DNA of 64,000 nucleotides from a virus (Duplodnaviria; Caudoviricetes): IMG/VR virus record IMGVR_UViG_3300032167_003270, positions 1 to 64,000 of that record; one strand, 5' to 3'. Shown piece by piece: positions 45,340 to 55,200 of this stretch (position 1 is its first letter; each line of letters starts with the position of its first letter). The notes under the pieces were generated by a model. It saw only the letters and a program-made list of their open reading frames with translations, ran no database searches and was not told where the DNA came from. The position numbers and the translations under genes were made by a program.

Positions 45340-47082
45340 TTATTCATATTCAAATGCAATAGGTGTTTTATGATGACGATTATAAATTCTAGTCATATTA
45401 CCCACTCTTCTACCGTCCATATCTCCACCACTCTCGTCTTCTGCGAAAGTATAGAATTGATATGTAAATGATTCATCTGCATTTAATATAATATTAAATA
45501 GCACTACAACATCAGACCTATCATTATATTCTGGAATAAGTGCTACTAACTCATTAAGTAATTGTACTGGATTCATTACAATATTTTTAGCACGAACTTT
45601 TCTTTCAAAATAGAATGTACTATTTCTATCTGCATAAGTTGCTGCTAATGAAGTACCAGCAATTCTTTTTAATACTCTACTTAATAATTTCTTATCCTTT
45701 GAATTTTTAATAATAGGTTCAATAGCCTCATCATATAATAACATATCGTCATAATATTTTTTAAGATTATTATTTACAATGAATGGTGCTAAACTTGCAA
45801 TATTTTTTGCACTAATATTATTAAATTCATAGTATATTTTTAATATATTAAGTAATTCTTCTTTTAATAACTCTGCATTTAAACTTCCTTTTAAAAAGTC
45901 AAAACAGATATATTCAACCGCAGCTGATTCTCCTTGCTTTTTAACCATTCCTGTACTAAATTTATTAAAGGTGTCTAAATTTAATACATTATCTATATCT
46001 ACATTACTTACTAATTCTGCTAATCCTACTTTTGAATATTCACTATATAAATCACTTCTAACAGCTTGAATTTTACGCTTATTGGACGTATATTCTCCAT
46101 ATTCATCTTCTATAGATTTAATAGCCTTTTTATATTCTGCTTGAGTGATTTTTCCGATAAGATTATTGTCCTCATCATATTCTAAATAAATAGTATTTAG
46201 ATATGGAATTGAAACCTCCACATAAGTATTTTTATTTTTACAAAACATAGTAATTTCTTCATTAGACATATGGTTATAACGAGAACAAGCATTATCTTTA
46301 TATGATGTTATTTCAACTTCTATATATTCATTATATTTACCATCCCAAATTTCATCAAAAAGTTCTTGTAATTCTTGTTCCATAAAACTTTCATTTGTAA
46401 CAGTAGGTAAAATAAATTTTTTACGATTTTCCTTTAAATTTTCAATATTTCTTTGAAGTTGTTCTTCTTCTTTCTTTGCTTTTAATTCATTTGCTTTAAT
46501 TTTATATTCATTTTTATTTGTTAAATATACAAGTTCAGTACATTCGTCCACAAAACTATTATTTTCATATCTTAAATATTTATCCATAACTTGATATTGT
46601 GGATTATGTAAACCACTTTGATATTTATAATCTCTATAAATAGTAAAATGAATAAACTTATCGCCTAAATCATCAATAGGTGCAAGTGTTTCAACAAAAA
46701 TTTTATACTCTTTAATTAAAGATAAACTATCTAAAACACCTTTAATATGTTTTTCTACTTCTGCCTTTTCCATAAAATCATTAGGAATAATTCTATTTAA
46801 TGCTCCTTTTACAGTAGGTCTATCGTCATATGTTGCTATTTCTTTATCTTCAACGATTGAACCATAAGGAAAGCCTTTTTCACTAACTCTGCTTTCTAAC
46901 TTTAAAGAATTTTCAGAATAACCAAATAATGATTTTCTTTTAAATGTTGCTGGTTTACCCTCTAATAAGTTTTCTACCATTTCTTGTGTAATATATTTTT
47001 CAATTTTATAATAAAAATATACACAATATCCGTCATCTCTCTTATAATAGGTATTTTTATAATGTTTTACCATCTCTCCCAT
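45340..47082 (-). CDS. large hypothetical protein
   Basis: 580-aa ORF with GGAGG RBS; no motif recognised. Confidence 0.65.
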   Translation of the reverse strand: MGEMVKHYKNTYYKRDDGYCVYFYYKIEKYITQEMVENLLEGKPATFKRKSLFGYSENSLKLESRVSEKGFPYGSIVEDKEIATYDDRPTVKGALNRIIPNDFMEKAEVEKHIKGVLDSLSLIKEYKIFVETLAPIDDLGDKFIHFTIYRDYKYQSGLHNPQYQVMDKYLRYENNSFVDECTELVYLTNKNEYKIKANELKAKKEEEQLQRNIENLKENRKKFILPTVTNESFMEQELQELFDEIWDGKYNEYIEVEITSYKDNACSRYNHMSNEEITMFCKNKNTYVEVSIPYLNTIYLEYDEDNNLIGKITQAEYKKAIKSIEDEYGEYTSNKRKIQAVRSDLYSEYSKVGLAELVSNVDIDNVLNLDTFNKFSTGMVKKQGESAAVEYICFDFLKGSLNAELLKEELLNILKIYYEFNNISAKNIASLAPFIVNNNLKKYYDDMLLYDEAIEPIIKNSKDKKLLSRVLKRIAGTSLAATYADRNSTFYFERKVRAKNIVMNPVQLLNELVALIPEYNDRSDVVVLFNIILNADESFTYQFYTFAEDESGGDMDGRRVGNMTRIYNRHHKTPIAFEYE

Positions 47083-47753
47083 AATAAAATTCCTCCTTAT
47101 TGTATTGATTTATGTAAATTAATTACCTCTTCTATATTTAATTTACCTGTTTTCATATCTCCGTATTTTGTTTGGTTTCCTGTATTTTTTATAATATAAT
47201 TTAATAGTTTTCTACAATTATCTCTACCACAAAAAGTGATATTATCATCTTTGTCAAAACAATTATAATATAATTCATCAAATTTTTCTTTATTCATCAT
47301 AAGTTTCCTCCATTTATCTACTTAACATATCATTTAATTCTGCTGTTTCAAATCTATCGTGAATTTGATAACAACCGTCTGTTCTACCGTCATAACTTGG
47401 ATAACATAAATGATTATCTTGCATATATTCCATTAGTTCTGTTGTATATATAGGTCTATAATATGGTGGATATATCGGATTTGCACGAAGAAATTTTTGA
47501 AATTCAACTTCTTTTGTAACAACATCCCCTAATCCATAAATATATATTTTACTTCTAAATGTATCTCCATCTACAGGATAATCTTCATAATTTCTCTCTG
47601 ACCAATTTACTTTTTTCCAAATTTCTTTATCATATGACGACCAATAACCTTTAAATTCCATAAAATTACACCACCTTTATAATAAATAAGAATGGATATT
47701 GAATTTTATTATTTTTCAACATCCATTCTATTATTATTAAATAGTGCTTTATT

Positions 47754-48479
47754 TTATAAACAATTTTCTAAATCTATAACATATCTATTGAATTGTGGAT
47801 ATTTCTTTAATGTTTCAATTATATACTCTAGTGTTGAATTAAAAGTTATTATTGAATCAACTATAGAACTAATATAAATATCATAATCATCTATATCAAC
47901 AATAAATTTATATACTTTTTGTTCGTCTATTAGTCTTTTTTCTATTTTTATTAAACGCACATTTGTATCTCTTGTTGTTATATATATACAAATATTTTTT
48001 TCAAATAGTTTTGTTTCTTCATCATAATTTTCAATATGTATTGAGTTTGAACCGTCAATTTTATAAACAAAATCTTTTATAGTGTTAATTAAGTCAAAAT
48101 CAATTTCACCATAAACTTTATCAGGATTAGCTTTAGCCCATTCCTCTATTGATTTGTAACCATTATCTTTTAAATAATTTGTTACTGCTTTACGAACATA
48201 CTTATATTCATCATTAATGAGTATATCAAGTCCATAACCTTGTTTTGCAACTGCTATACGAACATCATCATCTTTGTCATTAATAAGTATATCAAGACCA
48301 TATCCTTGTTTTGCTACTACATCACGAACACTCCAATCTTCGTCATTAATAAGTTTATCAAGACCGTACCCATTTACAGCTAATGAGAAACGATTTAGCC
48401 AATCGTCAGAATCAACTTTTTTATCTAATTCAGGATTTGTACCATAAGGTGTCCAATTACAATTATCTGATATATACAT
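47754..48479 (-). CDS. 22-aa repeat protein (3 repeats), paralog of 42388-43488
   Basis: GYGLD.LIND repeats, YL..NGYKSI..W...NP.KVY, and LENCL* end. Confidence 0.75.
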   Translation of the reverse strand: MYISDNCNWTPYGTNPELDKKVDSDDWLNRFSLAVNGYGLDKLINDEDWSVRDVVAKQGYGLDILINDKDDDVRIAVAKQGYGLDILINDEYKYVRKAVTNYLKDNGYKSIEEWAKANPDKVYGEIDFDLINTIKDFVYKIDGSNSIHIENYDEETKLFEKNICIYITTRDTNVRLIKIEKRLIDEQKVYKFIVDIDDYDIYISSIVDSIITFNSTLEYIIETLKKYPQFNRYVIDLENCL

Positions 48480-48672
48480 TTTTTATCATCTCCTTTTTAT
48501 TTTATAATAATTTTTCAGCCACACTCACTTCGTTTGCACAATTATTAAAAATTTCATATGCTAATATTTTTTCTTTTTTTCCCATTTGAGAAAAATCTCT
48601 AATTTCAAAACCATATTTTTCTAACATACGTTGTACTTTATGTTTAGATACTAATGGAGAAATCCTTTCTTT

Positions 48673-49617
48673 TTAAATATTATCAATAATATATTGAATG
48701 TCATCAATATAACATCTTAAAGGAGTTTCTTCTATCATAATAATTGTTTGATTTAATGCTTTTACTAAATCGTCTTTTACTTTTATTATTGTTCTATATC
48801 TTAAATCTGTTTCATCTTTCTCAATATTTAAAATATATTTATATGTAGTATTATCTTCATTTTCATTTTTAGTTAATTCAATGAGTTTAATTCTACCTAA
48901 ACTTGAATTTGGTTTAGTATAAATTCTTAAAGTTTCATTTTCAGAATCATTAAATTCAATACAATGAAGTTCAGCAATAAAATCTGTTGTTTCTTCAATA
49001 TTATCTTTTAACTCAACAATAAAATCACTTGTAATTTCATCTTTTTTTTCTTCAAAATATTTAGAAAGGTCAATGTTTCTCTCTTTAATTAACTCTTCGG
49101 CTGTTTCAAATACGTCTTTCCAATCTATATAATCTTTTAAATCATATACATTTCTATATATACGAACAATTATATCATTAGTACATTTTTTATGTAGTAA
49201 TATATTCTGTAATACTAAAAAGTCCTCGTCATCGGATAAATCACGAAGTATTTCTATTGAAACATTTTTATTAGAAGCAACAAAACATCTAATATCTTCC
49301 CAACCGTGCTTTGCTAGTATTTGTAACATATCTAGTGTACAATCATCTCGTTGTGCTATATTTTGTTTAATAAACACTAAATCATCGTGGTGGAAATACT
49401 CGGAATAGTCTGGTAAACTTACTATTTTATATAATATATCTTTTGAACAATTTGGTTCTTTGACAATATGATATAAAATTTTAGTATTAGTATCAACATC
49501 AAGAGTTGATAATACTTGTTCCCAAATATCAATAGGACAATCGGGCATTTTTGCTAATTTTATTCTATCTTCAATATTTGAAGAGTTTGCTAATTTTAAA
49601 TATTCATTATAACTCAT
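48673..49617 (-). CDS. LRV/HEAT-like repeat protein with shared C-terminal domain
   Basis: R...A..P.C..DIL..L repeats; C-terminus aligns with 40307-41440. Confidence 0.6.
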   Translation of the reverse strand: MSYNEYLKLANSSNIEDRIKLAKMPDCPIDIWEQVLSTLDVDTNTKILYHIVKEPNCSKDILYKIVSLPDYSEYFHHDDLVFIKQNIAQRDDCTLDMLQILAKHGWEDIRCFVASNKNVSIEILRDLSDDEDFLVLQNILLHKKCTNDIIVRIYRNVYDLKDYIDWKDVFETAEELIKERNIDLSKYFEEKKDEITSDFIVELKDNIEETTDFIAELHCIEFNDSENETLRIYTKPNSSLGRIKLIELTKNENEDNTTYKYILNIEKDETDLRYRTIIKVKDDLVKALNQTIIMIEETPLRCYIDDIQYIIDNI

Positions 49618-50027
49618 TTTAATTCAACTCCTTAAATTTAATTAAATACATCAGATAAATATTGATTGTCTTTTAGAATAACTGCATTTGGAAATAATTT
49701 ATGCTCAATTATAAAATTATCTTTATTAGGTATAAATTTATGATTTTCTCTTTTAGTCACTCTATTTACAATCATATCAAAATTATCAGCTAAATATACT
49801 TTATCTATATAAGATATTCCCTCTATATGATTTATGAACACTACATCATATAATTTACTCATCTCTAATACATAATCTTTATAAGTATTATAATTAGAAT
49901 GTAGATAATTATAGTAATCTGCATCATAGCAATTTAGATGTGTTTTACAATATGTAGTTTTTCCTAAACCAACTGATACATAAACAATCATAAGTGTCCT
50001 TTCCAACTAAAATAAATTGTTTTAAAT

Positions 50028-50216
50028 TTATAATTTATCAGCATCTAATAATTTTTCAACTAATTGTCGATTTATTTTTCTTTCTTTATTTAATTCTTTT
50101 TCAAGTCTAGCAATCGTTTTTTCTAAATCTTTACGTTCTTTATCATCTAAATGAACATATTCTGTACGACAATTACTACTACAAGCACCACAATTTGAAC
50201 CATCACAACTAGGCAT
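50028..50216 (-). CDS. small Cys-rich peptide with coiled-coil tail
   Basis: MPSCDGSNCGACSSNC; GGAGG RBS right after the radical SAM gene. Confidence 0.65.
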   Translation of the reverse strand: MPSCDGSNCGACSSNCRTEYVHLDDKERKDLEKTIARLEKELNKERKINRQLVEKLLDADKL

Positions 50217-50229
50217 AATAATATCCTCC

Positions 50230-51231
50230 TTATTTTCTAATTTTTAATTTCATCATATAAAGAATAACTGCTTTAAGAATATCACAAGTATAATTCTTAT
50301 TGATTTCTTTATTATTTTCTTTACAACCACCACCACATATATCTGAAATAGCACAATTTTTACAAGGCTCTGGCAATTCAAAGTTATAGCCAAGTTTATA
50401 TTTATTCTGTGCTTTAAGTTCTCCAATTATATCATTAGTATCAAATATATTGCAAATTGGTTTCTTATATACTGTAGTTTGACAAGGAAATACATCTCCA
50501 TTTACAAATATAGTAATAAGTTTCTCTCCAGCAGTACAACCCTCATATTGTGAATTGATTTTAATATTACTAAATTTGAATTTATTAAAGAAATCATAAT
50601 CATAAGATACTAAAATATCTAATACATTCATCATCTTTTCAATAATAATATTCATATCCATTTCTCCACAAAAGAAATGGTCTAAATATACACCCCAACA
50701 TAGATTTCTTTTAGCAATCCAATGTGCTAATTCTTCTATATCATCAAAACTATTTTTATCAATAACAGTAGAAATTTCCATTTCTTTTCCAATAGATAAT
50801 AATTTATCTACATTTTGCTTAACTACTTCTGCTGAACTTTCTCCATTATGAAATGGTTTAGAATATGAAAATCCATCTAATGATACACCAAATGATATAG
50901 GTCTATCTTTAAAATAATCAACCATCTCATCAGTAAGATATGTTAGATTAGTAATTACTGATACAAAACCTTTACCTTTGGAATCATTAATAAAATCATC
51001 AATATGTGATTTCCATTTATCAAACATTAATAATGGTTCTCCACCAGCTAATCTATATATAATATAATCTTTTTCTCCTGATTTAAGCATATTTAAAAAT
51101 ACTTCATTCATTCTTTTATATGTTTCATCAGACATATCTCTACCGTCTTGTTTAACATAACAATATGGACACTCTAAATTACATCGAGTGGTAGTAAAAA
51201 TCCAGGGCGACATATATTTTTGTTCATTCAT
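50230..51231 (-). CDS. radical SAM/SPASM domain protein
   Basis: CNLECPYC, GGEPL, SLDG; SPASM CTAG...G.VFPC...C..C...ICGGGC. Confidence 0.9.
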   Translation of the reverse strand: MNEQKYMSPWIFTTTRCNLECPYCYVKQDGRDMSDETYKRMNEVFLNMLKSGEKDYIIYRLAGGEPLLMFDKWKSHIDDFINDSKGKGFVSVITNLTYLTDEMVDYFKDRPISFGVSLDGFSYSKPFHNGESSAEVVKQNVDKLLSIGKEMEISTVIDKNSFDDIEELAHWIAKRNLCWGVYLDHFFCGEMDMNIIIEKMMNVLDILVSYDYDFFNKFKFSNIKINSQYEGCTAGEKLITIFVNGDVFPCQTTVYKKPICNIFDTNDIIGELKAQNKYKLGYNFELPEPCKNCAISDICGGGCKENNKEINKNYTCDILKAVILYMMKLKIRK

Positions 51232-51943
51232 ATTTTTAATTTCCTTCCTTTACATTTACAACTGATTCTTCAATTCTATTTCCGTCACAATCATCGTGAA
51301 TGTGGTTTATTTTATCAATCGACATAATTTCTCCACATTTATCACATTTCTTATACATTAAATCAGTTTCATTATCTAATACTAAATATGTGTCACTATA
51401 TCCACATATACTACAAGTTGCAAATACTCTTATTGCCTGCATATTAAATCTCCTTCTTTAATCTACTTTAATTACAACATAAACATATGTATCATCTTGA
51501 CGAATATATTGATGTTTATAATCTATTTTAGTTACATCATTTCTTTTCTTTATAAATGCGTCTATAAATTTATTTAATACATTATGACTACTACATTGTA
51601 ATAAACCGTTTTCATTTATACAAAAAGTTTTACTTGCACTACAATATCTAGTAAATTCTTCATATAAATCTACTGTATTATGTGTAGCTTTATTTTCAAT
51701 ATAGTCAGGATAACCATTATTTATAAATTCTTCTATAAGTTCTTCTGCTTCTTTAGTTGTATCTACAGACGCTACAACTCTATCTCTACCATCAACTATA
51801 TCATAGTCACATTCATTTTGTATTATTATATAACCTTTGTAGTCATATTTTATCTTGTTGTTCATTGTAATGTTCTCCCTTTATTACTTATAAATAAAAT
51901 GACCTATCTTATAAAAGATAAGTCATTTTTCACATTCTTACTA

Positions 51944-52414
51944 CTATCTCAAATCAAAATAACGGAGTAAAAATAAAGTTAAATCTTCATAAGTAGTATA
52001 TTCTCCTATTTCTGTTATATATTTTGAAGTTTGTGCGTTTATTACGTCATAACCGTCAAAATAAAAATCTCGTCCGTTTAATTCGTCCTCAAATTTTCTA
52101 ATAAAAATATCTCTAAAATTATCTTGATTTATCAAAGTTATAAGTTGATTTGAATATATATCTGCTGATTTTGTTGATTTTATTCTTCCAGGATATTCTT
52201 GGTCTTCTGGTATATACCACTCTTTCCCAAATTTAACTGCTTTAGGTAATTTACCTCTTCTAATCCATTGTCTAATTGCAATATCTGTTACACCAAGTTT
52301 TTCTGCAGCTTGGTCAGTATTTAGATAACCTATAAGTGTTCCATCTTCTCTGAAAATATCACAATCATATAAATTGTGTTTTTCAATATGTTTAATCAAT
52401 TCATTTCCAGTCAT
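51944..52414 (-). CDS. excisionase-like HTH DNA-binding protein
   Basis: L.T.QAAE.LGV....IR.WI.RGKLP.A.K.G..W.I motif. Confidence 0.75.
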   Translation of the reverse strand: MTGNELIKHIEKHNLYDCDIFREDGTLIGYLNTDQAAEKLGVTDIAIRQWIRRGKLPKAVKFGKEWYIPEDQEYPGRIKSTKSADIYSNQLITLINQDNFRDIFIRKFEDELNGRDFYFDGYDVINAQTSKYITEIGEYTTYEDLTLFLLRYFDLR

Positions 52415-52480
52415 AATAAACCCCCAAATAATTACACCTAATTGAAATAAAACATTTATTCCATTATAATTAAATAGAAG

Positions 52481-52888
52481 TTAATTATATAAATACTCAT
52501 AAATTTCTAATGCAGTCATTTCTTTTTCTTCTCCATTAACACGACACTTAATAATATCGTCTTCTTTAAATTCTCGACCAGTAACCCAAATTTTACCTGT
52601 ATATTCGGTTGGTTGATAATCTGCTACATCATTAAGTCCTATTGCCTGCATTTTCTTATTTCTACTATACATTACTGCACGACCAATTCTTAATATTTCA
52701 GCAGCTTCGGCTACTGAATTTGCAACTGCTACTACTCCATTCATACCTTTGAATGGATAAAACTCTGTTTGCTTGAGCTAAATATCAACTAACGCTACGC
52801 TGATTCGGTTGGAATGTTGAATACAGTGGAAAATTACGTTTCGTAAGGTAACACTATTATGCGAAATCAATCCTTTATTAGTTGACAT
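52481..52888 (-). CDS. micro C-intein + FtsK post-Walker-A fragment, with in-frame TAG
   Basis: AAGGAAAGGAAG RBS, then MSTNKGLISHN|SVTLRNVIFHC...VALVDI*LKQTEF..FKGMNGVVAVANSVAEAAEIL...M..R...M. TAG at 52778-52780. Confidence 0.7.
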
Positions 52889-52938
52889 AATACATCACTT
52901 CCTTTCCTTGATATAAATTTTATGTAATTATACATAAA

Positions 52939-53850
52939 TCAATATAATATACCAGCACCATATATAGTATATTTATTGTCTTTATACACAATTTCTGGGT
53001 TTGGTATATTTAAAAAGTTATTTTTATTAAAATCATTTTTAGGGTAATTATCTTGTCCTAAAATTAAATCTTTTAATAATTGTTTTTGTTGTTCAAAATC
53101 TTCAAATTCATAAATATGTACTAATCTATATCCATTTTCTTTACATTTTAAAGATTTATTTAAATGATAGTTTTTATCTGTACCTAATTCTATAGAGTGC
53201 CATCTAATTCCATTAAATTCAATAGCAAGTTTTAAATCAGGTAAAACAATATCTAATTCTTGTGGTTTTATTATTTGTCTATCATTTTGAATAATTTGTT
53301 TAAAATAGAAAGATTGTATATATTCAAATAATGATTGTTGTACTAAACTATTATGATATGTATTAGAATAATCTATTATAAGTGGTAAATAATCATTACT
53401 TATAGCAGAATTTTGTTCATTTATTTTTATTTTAGGTAATTTTAAAGTTTTCCACCCTTGTCCATATAAATTATATAGTTTTTTAACGCTAGTACAATTA
53501 TTATCTTTTTCAAATTGTTCTATATTAACATTTCTAGTATTCCAAGCACCATTATTCATTTTACCATTAAATTGTTCTTCACAAGTTTGTTTTGCTTGTG
53601 TTCTATTATTATAAGAACCAAATTTTTCTATAGAACCTTTAGTTTGGCACTCTCTTGAACAATAATGTCTATAACCATAATATAATTTATAAAATTTAGT
53701 TGGTTTACCACACACTTTACAATGTCCATCTGTTTCATCTTTTTTATAAAACATATCATAATATTGAGATAAGGTTATGTTATGTGCAACAGTTAAATGT
53801 TTTCCAATACATTTTGAAAACTCTCTCCCACAAATTTTACATTGTACCAT
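52939..53850 (-). CDS. free-standing Hef/Vsr-like homing endonuclease with N-terminal Zn fingers
   Basis: CKICG..H, CKVCGKPT..YRHYCS; C-terminal ELDI..PDLKLAIEFNG..WH...YH..K...C...G.RL.HIYE. Paralog of 62634-63821. Confidence 0.75.
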   Translation of the reverse strand: MVQCKICGREFSKCIGKHLTVAHNITLSQYYDMFYKKDETDGHCKVCGKPTKFYKLYYGYRHYCSRECQTKGSIEKFGSYNNRTQAKQTCEEQFNGKMNNGAWNTRNVNIEQFEKDNNCTSVKKLYNLYGQGWKTLKLPKIKINEQNSAISNDYLPLIIDYSNTYHNSLVQQSLFEYIQSFYFKQIIQNDRQIIKPQELDIVLPDLKLAIEFNGIRWHSIELGTDKNYHLNKSLKCKENGYRLVHIYEFEDFEQQKQLLKDLILGQDNYPKNDFNKNNFLNIPNPEIVYKDNKYTIYGAGILY

Positions 53851-53855
53851 TCAAA

Positions 53856-54569
53856 TTACCCCCATAAAGAAGTATTGATTTTTCTAATACCTTTATATAG
53901 AGCGTTATTACCTGTAAAATAAGCCCAAAATTTAGTACCATAATCATAATGCCACCATTCTGACGGTAAATTTGTAAAACCAACAGAAATCATAGCATTA
54001 TATAATAAGCGTCTATTTTTCATTATAGTTTCGTTATTCGCACCAAATTCATAATTAGGTTCAAAATGGTTTGTCCAACATTTAGGACCAAATTCATCAA
54101 ATTTAGTACCCATATCTAATTCATTACCATTTTCATCAATAATAGTTAAATCTATTGCACCACCTGTATTATGTAAAGATGGTCTTTTCATATTATAACT
54201 AGGTTTACTTATATAAAAAGATGTTAAATATTCTAATTCTTCATTAGATTTATTTGGATTTTCTTCTTTTATTTTATTAAAATACTCATCCCATAATGAT
54301 TGTTGTACTTCTACAGGTCGCCAACCGTCATAAATAAGAAATTTATAACCATTAGGTAATAAAGATTCTGCTTTCTTTAATCTATCTACCAAAGATATTC
54401 TGACATAACAATCATTTAAAGCATTTGGATAACCTTGTTCATAATACATAGGTTTACATTTAAAACCTGCATTAGATAAACTTACGATTAAATCAGAACT
54501 ATAATTTATATCATAATCTTTTATAGATGGCATCTCTATTGTTGGTATTGGTTTATTCAAATCAATCAT
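53856..54569 (-). CDS. vanX: D-Ala-D-Ala dipeptidase (VanX/M15D family)
   Basis: YDG.RP..Q, S.H..G.AIDLT, MGT.FD.F and EWWHYDYG motifs. Confidence 0.85.
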   Translation of the reverse strand: MIDLNKPIPTIEMPSIKDYDINYSSDLIVSLSNAGFKCKPMYYEQGYPNALNDCYVRISLVDRLKKAESLLPNGYKFLIYDGWRPVEVQQSLWDEYFNKIKEENPNKSNEELEYLTSFYISKPSYNMKRPSLHNTGGAIDLTIIDENGNELDMGTKFDEFGPKCWTNHFEPNYEFGANNETIMKNRRLLYNAMISVGFTNLPSEWWHYDYGTKFWAYFTGNNALYKGIRKINTSLWG

Positions 54570-55042
54570 AAAATTTCCCTCCTACTAATAATAAAAGACT
54601 TATCTATTAGATAAGCCTTTCTTATAATTAAATAGTTCTTTATTTATTATCTCGGTTTTTACCTATATGCCAACCATCACAAAAGATACATTTATAAATA
54701 CTGAAATGTTTACCAGTCTTCTTTTCCATCTTTGTTGCTGCTTTGGTAGCAGATTCTATTGATGAATAAGATATTTTTGGTTCATTTGTATGTTGATTTA
54801 TATGAGAATTAATACTAAATAAACCCCACGCATTTCTTGTAATGAAAAAATTCTTAAATGCTCTTTTTAGTGGTAATTGACTTTTTAAACCTAAATATAA
54901 ATTTTTCATTTTTATCATAATTTACTTACTCCTTATTCAACATTATTTACTCGAAGAGTTGTTTCTAATGTTACATTTTTTAATTCACAAAATGGTTTTA
55001 ATGGTACATCTTGAATATCTTTACTTAAAATATATTCTCTAG

Positions 55043-55200
55043 GTGAACTACACACGAAGCTAAAGATTCGGTGCTTCTTGCTTCAACCTCTACTGCACTA
55101 TCCAACCGAAAGGTTATTTAGTGTCTTACACAAAGTCCACAAGCGTATAAGTTTGGCTAGTTCCTAACCTACTATATTTAGGATTTAGGCTACAGTAAGC
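55043..55200 (-). ncRNA. TnpB omegaRNA/reRNA scaffold (predicted)
   Basis: Structured GC-richer tract from the tnpB 3' end to the TCAC right end (AACCTTTCGGTT hairpin, GAAGC...GCTTC stem). Confidence 0.6.

Noticed and set aside
52939-53850. Free-standing endonuclease as part of a second group I intron
   Set aside because: No R/S elements or enclosing stem flank it; it abuts vanX upstream.
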